From: Schmidtea polychroa
Lineage: Eukaryota
Direction of reading: 5' to 3'
Assembly (NCBI GenBank): GCA_044892525.1
Contig: CM097885.1
Coordinates: 51,152,001 to 51,216,000, forward strand
Length of the DNA: 64,000 nt
The notes beneath the pieces are model-generated. The model was not told the DNA's origin. It did not search any database and was given only the letters and a program-made list of their open reading frames with translations. Position numbers and translations under genes: made by a program. Below are positions 56,008 to 64,000 of the stretch, one piece after another. How positions within the stretch are numbered: the first letter of the stretch is position 1; each line of letters starts with the position of its first letter.

Positions 56008-57944
56008 TATTACATATTTAAAATCAGTCATATTTTTACAGTTATAGGGTTTTCAACTTAATTTAAAATCTTTACCATTTAATTTAAATTCTTTTCGATT
56101 TAATTTAATAAAAAATATTTTAATAAATGAAAAATTAATAATAAATTAATAAAAAATTAACTTTAATCTTCATTATTACACCAATCGGTACTCAAGTTCT
56201 ACTGCTGCCTGTCATTCTGCAACTTCTAATCGCCGAATGTTAATCCAGAGTCTCTTTGTTTCCAACTGGAGCTCGACCACTATCTTGGATGTTGAGAGCA
56301 GCTTTGTTCGGAATCTCTGCGTGATGTATTTCTTTAAATTTATAATTTTAGTAATTAGTTGCAGTAACAGATGGAATCAATTCTAATAGACATTATATGT
56401 ATCTTATTTCGAAAATTATGAGAGGATTGTTTTGTTCGAGCACTTGCACTTCACTCCTTCTCCCTTTATTTAATTGCTTATTACACAAACGCTCGCAAAC
56501 TTAAGTCCATTCATTACTTTAACTCATATACCACTCACACACAAAACAAAGAAAACGTATTTATTTTACTCACCAACACCAGAGGAAGGAGCCTTAAATC
56601 ACTTCTGAGGAATTTTAATGAAGTCAAAAAATATTCTATTGATGGTGCCGATTGCATGCTCAGCTTGACTTTCCGCACGGAATTGCGCATCAGAGCTGAA
56701 CACCATATAAAATATTTTCTCCGTCTTCCAATGTTCGTCAGATAAATATGATAGCCCTTCATCCGTGCTAGGGATCACCCCAGCGCGGATCTCCTTCGCC
56801 ACTCATTCCATTTGGGAGATCATGAAATATACGTCTCTCGTCGCTATTGCCAGTACATTCATTTATTAGTATTTATGCACTGCTGGGCAAGCAATTGTCT
56901 GCAATTAGTTACTGAATTAGATATTTAGATACTGATTTGATATTCACCTTTTATTCGGTTTATTTTCCATTATTCCTCTAAGTCGTCATGAATGTTAAAA
57001 TTGAGTCGGTTATTTTACTTTACACACCTCATTTGGCTCACCGAATTTCAGTGTTATATAAAGATTAGCAGTTTCACATTCAAACTAAAGTTAGGCCAGA
57101 ATCCAAAATTCTACCCTATATAATTGATTCCTTCCTGTTGTCCTCCGTAGTTATTCGACTTACCTTTAATTTGTATATTTATAATTATCAATGTATAGTT
57201 TTTTGTGTGATGAATGAATAAATTATGATGAATTGTTTAAAATATGAAAACATTATTTTCCCAGCAATTTGTAATGATGTTTAATTTATTTAAATATTTA
57301 TTTTGGGTCAAATACTAAATGACTCGTTCAAATTCTACCAACAACTATTTTAAACAAAATTTTGTAATTAATATAAGTACAAATAACAATTAGAATTAAA
57401 TAATAATTTAACGTAAAAGCTGAAATAGATTCTCATAAACGAAAATAGATCTTCATAATAATAAAATAATATTACTAAAATATTGTTTACGTACTTTGTT
57501 GAAACTTTTAATTTTATTGTTTAAATTGAATTCTATTTTATTAATTCTTTATTTATTTAGGTAGTCCAATTTTTTCTGAATAATTTTTTTATAATTTTTT
57601 TATTTTTCACATAGTTTATTTCTAATATAATACTCAGCATATTTAATACTTATCCATGCGTGATTATCATGTAAGGAAACTTAATAAACAAAATAAGAAA
57701 GCTCATTAATTTTCTAGAGGAATTTCCTAAAATTAAGCTCATCGTTTACTTTTTGCAATTTTCGATTATTAATTGCAATTGTGCATTTTTTAACAGAGAT
57801 AGATTATCAGTGAAGTATTTTTCACAAGATTTATTGTTATTATGCTAGAATGATTTTAAGTAAATTTATAATTAAATTTATCTTCTTTTAATTTGCGACT
57901 ATGAATCAATGTTATTGAGTATACTAATAATGTCATAACAATTA

Positions 57945-58415
57945 CACCTAATTCTGTTTTTACACGATAGATACGTTCCTAAAACATTCGTGTAAAAAAG
58001 ATATTGACTGAATGGAAAAATAGTAGATTGGTTCCATACCTAAAAAAGCAACAAAAGTACAATAAACAAACAAAAGTATAATAATAAATATAAAAAATCC
58101 TTGTTAGAGTTCACAAAAAAATTATTTTTCGTGCTTACACATTTTAATTCATTAAATATATTATATAAAAAATAAATTATGATTTGGAAAAAAGAAAATA
58201 ATATCAGAAATCCCACCCAAAGAAAAAACATACGTATATAATCGACATAATCCAACTGAATTCTGAAGAATATAATGTGAAGTTAAAATGTATGTATGTA
58301 TACATAATTTGTGAAAAATGAAAATAAAAAAAAATTAATAGAACATCAAAAAAATTCATAAAATATTGAAAATCGTGTTAAAACAAAACAATTCGTGTAA
58401 AAAGAGAATTAGGTG
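57945..58415. mobile_element. MITE, Tc1/mariner-pogo type
   Basis: 23-bp TIRs CACCTAATTCT(G/C)TTTTTACACGA (22/23); TA at 57943-57944 and 58416-58417. Confidence 0.85.
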
Positions 58416-59472
58416 TATTTAGAATCAAATAAACTTTTGATTAAAATATTTATTTCAACGAATTCCTGCATCGGATCTTCCTCAATAATGCCAATTTCTA
58501 CATTTTTACATTAACTTCATTAAAATAAGACTGCAATAAAATCTTTTTTATTTCATGCGTAATTTGGAAAGCTTTCAGTGATATTTTATTCCGGTTGATT
58601 TTTGAGGAATAGTATATTAACATAATTGATTCATTTAGATCTTTATGGTAGCGGTACAGATTTTCTAAGGACATTTCTTTGAGAAATTTATCACTATAGC
58701 ACTACATTCTCATTTCCATTTGATTTACTTTAGCTTTGCCATAATTAAATTAAGTCTGACCCTAACCTTTCATAAATATATCATTATTAGTATCGTTTTC
58801 TTTCTCCAATTATCTTTTTTCTGAATTATCTTTTTTCTTTTATTTCTGAAACTTGATCGACATTGATTTCGATCTCTTCACCGTCAGCAAAATTGCTTTC
58901 ATCAAAAATTAAGTCCAATAATATGAGTAGCAATTCTAATATTTTCAATGAATAAGTTTTTAATATATAACTCAATTCCAAAATCCCAAAACACATAAAT
59001 AAGGAATTGTATTTATTTGAAAATTCACAACTTTAACTTCCTATTACCCATTTAAAACAAATATTTATCTTAAAAAAACTTTTAGTAAATAAAATAACAT
59101 TCAAACTCACAAAATTGATCAATTTGAATGAAATTGCAAATCCATAAAACTTATTCATTTGTTTCAATCAGGATTAACCACCCTCCCATTTGGAACCTTG
59201 GTGTCAACATCAATTTAACTTTGCTCTTATATATGATATTTCTTCCGTCACTCTCCTTATTAGACAGTTTCCGTACTCGTTCCTTTACTCACACTGTTTT
59301 TTCTAAGTATACAGCATTTTCTATATTATTTAATTTCTTCCCTTATCTTCACACGGCATCACTTCTTTCATCCAAGGTCTCAAGAGGTGTTCTGTCAACT
59401 CTTAAATTCATTTTCACCGTATTTATTCCTATGGATTTCATACTTTCTAACTCTTCTATTATTTTACCTTTT

Positions 59473-59965
59473 TGTTGGGGTCAGTGCAAAAACCAAAAAA
59501 TCATTTATATAAAAGGAAAGCATAACAAATATTGGTAAAATCAATAAAAGTGAAAAATTTATTAAAACATAATAAAAATAAAAATCAATATTGAACGGGG
59601 GTATCAGGTATGATTGAACGTCAATTGATTGACGAGTTCAGAAACTGTAATGAAAATTTAATAAGGTTCACAGGGAAAATTAATGCAAAAAAATAAATTA
59701 ATTAAAATTAATTAATCTGTAATGGAAAGCTCGAGCCAATGGGAAACCCGAGCGCTGAAAGAAACCCGATGCGCAGTGAGACCCGAGCAACCAGATAAGA
59801 GAGGGAATATTTTTAGCACCAATCTAGAATAAACAAATTGAAATAATTTGGAAATCCTCAAAAATGTACCTAGGATTCCCGGGAAATAATTAATTGAAAT
59901 TCTGTAGATAATTACCCTCTCAGAAACAGTATAAAAAGAAAACTCAGAAACAGACAAGCCGCCAT
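59473..59965. mobile_element. Truncated LTR copy of the 2300-3037 family
   Basis: Starts TGTTGGGGTCAGTGCAAAAACCAAAA; colinear for about 490 bp, then similarity stops. Confidence 0.82.
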
Positions 59966-61438
59966 TTAGGATTGAGAAATCTTATTGCCATTACCATTAC
60001 TTACGCAAATATTATTTTTTCGCTTTATAACTGGCCTAAAGATGAAGTACATTCTTTTCAATATATACAGCATCATATTCATTATGAAAATTGATAAATA
60101 AAATAATAACAAGTTTCGTAATATATTATTTATTTTACAGGAGTCATGAATTTTTATTAATATTTCCTTCAAAGTTTTATATCCCTCAAACTAAGGCAAT
60201 ACTAATACATTAGACATTCAGATTGATAAACCTAAGACTTTCAGATATAAATTTCATAGAATCTCCAAAATTCAATACAGATTTATTTACTTTTATTTAA
60301 AATTCATTTAAAAACTTACCGATTTGTACTTTTATCTAAAAAATCTTTAAAACCTGTTTAACGCGTTCGACATGTATACACCTCATGACTTTGAATTTAC
60401 TACATACAACGCGTGCAACTTTTGAAATTGTACTACGCTTTTAACAGTTTAATCAATAAAATATTTTATATTACCAATAAAATTTCTTTATTTCTCATCG
60501 AAATATTCAAACAAATAATTGAATAAAAATCCAATTTTTTGAATTATTTAACCCGACTTAGCAGAAAATTTACATTCAATTTTTGTAGTGAAAACTATTA
60601 ATTTTAATCGAATATCAAACGCCTAATAAATCAGAGTCATGATTGAAAAAAGTAAAATATATCCAAAGTCCAACGGCGAAGAAATTGTCATAAAAATTTC
60701 TTTTCAATAAATCTATTCAGAAATAACATTGAAAAAAATTAATAATTTCTCGAGTGTTTGACGTAATAAATATTAAAAAATTTATTATTTCAGAAAAAAA
60801 TAAAATTTATGTAATTTATTATAAACAAAAGGATTAATAAAAACAAATTAAATAATTAAATAATTTATTAAAATTATCCCAAGGGCAAGGAATTATGAAT
60901 TTATTATTTTATATTGTCAACATTATTATGTTGGGAAGAATTTTCATTAATATTATTTGTATGATCTTCCGAATTATTTCCATGTGAATTTTTTATATAA
61001 AAACCACTTGATATTATTAAAAATATTATTTATATGTGTAACAATTCCAATGTGGTTTTAGTTATATTATTTATTATTTTAATATTAATAGATAATATAA
61101 TAGATAATGTTATCTAATTATAAGTAATAATTGTTCCACCCTAACTGTAAGGAGTTAGTAAACCTCTATATAAAATTATTATGGTTAAATGGTAGAAGTG
61201 AGATCAGTTAGTAGAAATAATTATTTCTGTTAAATTTGTATATTTAAATTCTATATTAAATTATATCATATTATATTAAATTATATTAAATTAAATCAAT
61301 TAAATGTATGACCAGTAATTACATTAATATTAATAATTATCACGCCTCGGTGTTTAAATATTCTAGTAAACGGCACAATTTTTGAAGTTGTTATAAAAAT
61401 AAATGCTTGAAGAAGACTTGAATTTAATTGCGTCTAAC

Positions 61439-62476
61439 ATGGCGACCACGACCACGGATTTATTGATAAGCAGACTATTACCTGAGAAATTTCACAAAGG
61501 CGATGATTTAGAAAATTTTATCAAGGATTGTCAAAGGTTTTTTGGCGCGACAAAAACAACAATTAGGATGCAAGTAATATTAACTACAACATTACTTGAC
61601 AGATCGCTAATGGAAGATTATGAAGCAGCCGAAGGAAAAACTATGGAAGAGAAACTTCGATATGCATTTTCAAAACCGACATCATTAATGGATGATCTAA
61701 AAGAAGCTTTGAGTTATGAACAAGGATCAGATTCAGCCGAAACTTTTATAGAGAAAATTAAAAAGATGACAAAGAAATTAATAGCGCACAAATGGGATGA
61801 AGAAGAAATAGAAAAATGCCTGCTTACAAACTGTGTAAGAGATCGAGAAGTTAAAAAAGAGATCGAGATGAAAGATTTGAAAACATCAGAAGAAATAAAA
61901 GCGACAATAAAGAAATTAGAAAAGGTAAACAAAATTATGGGCCATGTTAATGTTGTGAAGACTTCACCGGTTCAAAACTACAGAAGCTACAGAGATGTTG
62001 CTCAAAGAGGAATGGTAAACGGAAATAATAATTTCAAGCAGCGAAACGTCAGTAACCGACAATTGGAATGCTGGACATGCAAGAAAATTGGTCATGTGAG
62101 TCGAGAATGCCAAATGAAAAAGAAAATTACGTGTTTTGCATGCGGAGTTGAAGGCCACGTACGGCGAGAATGTTCAACGATTCAATGCCAGAGATGTCAC
62201 TTACGTGGACACAAGGAGATTGACTGCTATACAAATTTGGAAAGAAGGAAGTTTCAAACTAATTCAAACATGAGAAACAATAATTATTATGCCCATCGAA
62301 CCACAAGCTATCAACAAAAGATCAACAATCCAAGAAGAACAATTGCAGCAATTGAACCTAATGATGAGACGATGCCATTGGAGTATTCAGACGATGCAGA
62401 AGACAAATATGAGGAGATTCAGCACCCAAAAGTACATGCTTCGACACGGGAGGCAATGATCGGAGCAATATACTAG
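61439..62476 (+). CDS. gag: Gag protein with three CCHC zinc knuckles
   Basis: CWTCKKIGHVSREC, CFACGVEGHVRREC, CQRCHLRGHKEIDC; start is either 61403 (inside the LTR) or 61439. Confidence 0.9.
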   Translation: MATTTTDLLISRLLPEKFHKGDDLENFIKDCQRFFGATKTTIRMQVILTTTLLDRSLMEDYEAAEGKTMEEKLRYAFSKPTSLMDDLKEALSYEQGSDSAETFIEKIKKMTKKLIAHKWDEEEIEKCLLTNCVRDREVKKEIEMKDLKTSEEIKATIKKLEKVNKIMGHVNVVKTSPVQNYRSYRDVAQRGMVNGNNNFKQRNVSNRQLECWTCKKIGHVSRECQMKKKITCFACGVEGHVRRECSTIQCQRCHLRGHKEIDCYTNLERRKFQTNSNMRNNNYYAHRTTSYQQKINNPRRTIAAIEPNDETMPLEYSDDAEDKYEEIQHPKVHASTREAMIGAIY

Positions 62477-64000
62477 GTAATTTTGATATTGATGTAAATA
62501 TTGGTCATAATAATTTTAATAATGTAAATAATCCTTATATATATAATAATGTAGAACCTTTATGTAATAATATTTGTAATTTTAAAAAGTTTCCTTTAAA
62601 TAATTTTAAATGTTATAGTTATTTTAATGCTGATCGATCTTTAATAAATAATAATAATAATAATCCTAAGAATCAAGAAGAGTATAGTAAAATTAAAGAA
62701 GCAGAATATAATAATAAAATAGTAAATGAAAAAGTTTATAAATTTATTAAGAAGGCAGAAGATAAATTAGAGAGAAATGAAATTGGGTGGATTAATGAAA
62801 TATCAGAGGAGCAAAATATTTTCACTAAAGATGAATGGAAACGACCGAAATTGAGTTATGACAAAATGCAAGGTAGACCGAGTACAACTCTTGAAATTCA
62901 GGGTTATAGAATGGAATGCTTACTAGATACAGGAGCAAGAGTAAATGTAATGGCAGAAGCAGTTGTGGAAAAATTAGTGAATGTGAAAATCATAAAAACA
63001 GATGAGATGTTAAGATGTGCAAATGATAGTAAATTAGAGACAATCGGAAAAATATATATTGATGTTAGAATTGGTAATATGGAAAGAAAAATAACATTTA
63101 TAATAGTTAAAAATATTGTTCCAGATATAATAGGCGGAGTGGAATTGCAGAAAGAGTTTGGAATTGAATTAAACTACATCAAGCAAAATGAAGAAGGACA
63201 TAATGAATTTGTATGTGAAATAGAGGCTAGATTTGGGGAAAAGATTACAGATAACGAGAGATGTCAAAGAGCAATAGAAATTCTAAGATTAAACGAAAAT
63301 AAAAGACTGTTAGAGATTGTTAAAAACAATAAAAGTGTTTTTATGGCTAATAACTGGGATATCGGATGTACTGATTTAATTGCACATAAAATCATCACAA
63401 AAGAAGGGCCAATTATGATAAAACCCAGAAGACAACCCATCAATTTAGAGGAGAAAATAAATGCTGCTATAAAAAATTTAGAAAATAATGATATCATAAG
63501 AAGATGTAATTCACCTTGGAATACGCCGTTAGTATGCGTGTGGAAAAAAGACAAAAAAGATATCAGACTTTGTTTTGATTTTAGACAGCTTAATAAGATT
63601 ACTGAAAGACAAGCTTTTCCTATGCCGAATGTAGAAGAAATTCTAGATACATTACATGGATCTAAGTACTTTAGTTCTATAGACCTTGGGAACGCTTATT
63701 ATCAGGTGAAATTGGACATAGAATCGCAAGAAAAGACAGCATTTTCTACTAAAGAAGGACAATTTTGTTTTAATAGAATGCCTTTTGGCATTGCGGCGGC
63801 ACCGGGTACATTCCAAGAGTTAATGACAAAAATATTGAAAGATCTATGGAAAGAAGGAGTTATGGTGTATTTAGACGATATTTTAATTTTTACAAGAACA
63901 ATTGAAGAACATTACAATGTGTTTGGAAAAGTTCTAGAGAAAATAAGGGAAGCTAAATTGAGAATCAACCCAGAAAAATGTCAGTTATTAAAGAGCGAAG
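62413..64000 (+). CDS. pol: Pol polyprotein (protease and reverse transcriptase), -1 frame to gag, incomplete
   Basis: Frame open from 62413 to window end (absent from the ORF track); LLDTGA, SPWNTP, SIDLGNAYYQV, KTAFST, RMPFG, VYLDDILIF. Confidence 0.95.

Larger units (their letters stand above)
60929..64000 (+). mobile_element. Ty3/gypsy LTR retrotransposon, 5' part (runs off window)
   Basis: Candidate 5' LTR TGTTGG (60929) to CTAACA (61439) with AATAAA near 61398; PBS TGGCGACCACGA at 61440-61451; gag then PR-RT. LTR start cannot be confirmed without the 3' LTR. Confidence 0.9.

Noticed and set aside
62474..62476. Stop-codon readthrough of the gag TAG
   Set aside because: Pol is in the -1 frame, not in frame with gag.

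Overview
Very AT-rich eukaryotic DNA with 47-49 nt GT-AG introns and long (AT)n/(ATT)n tracts; a planarian-like invertebrate is my inference, not a demonstrated assignment. The window is mostly transposable elements. Host genes: a five-exon mitochondrial SAM carrier (SLC25A26-like, minus strand, last exon not found) and a partial, divergent p24/TMED-like gene. The main structure is a nest of Polinton/Maverick-type non-autonomous elements. A 20.2 kb outer element (27708-47937, AGTAG termini, perfect 6-bp TSD CTAACA) carries a GC-richer hAT and has a related 8.2 kb element (39688-47871, about 2.1 kb TIRs) inserted in its own right TIR. A third, 0.9 kb miniature with AGTAGT termini and a near-perfect 6-bp TSD lies in the SLC25A26 intron. 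None shows polymerase, integrase or capsid ORFs, but the arms of the two large elements carry tandem arrays of AP-1-like, ATF-like and nuclear-receptor-like sites, and the inner one carries a small orphan ORF. Also present: a frameshifted piggyBac, an intact Buster hAT, Tc1, mariner and hAT remnants, a small Helitron, MITEs, four copies of one LTR family, an actin pseudogene fragment, and the 5' part of an intact-looking Ty3/gypsy element with a predicted -1 gag-pol frameshift.
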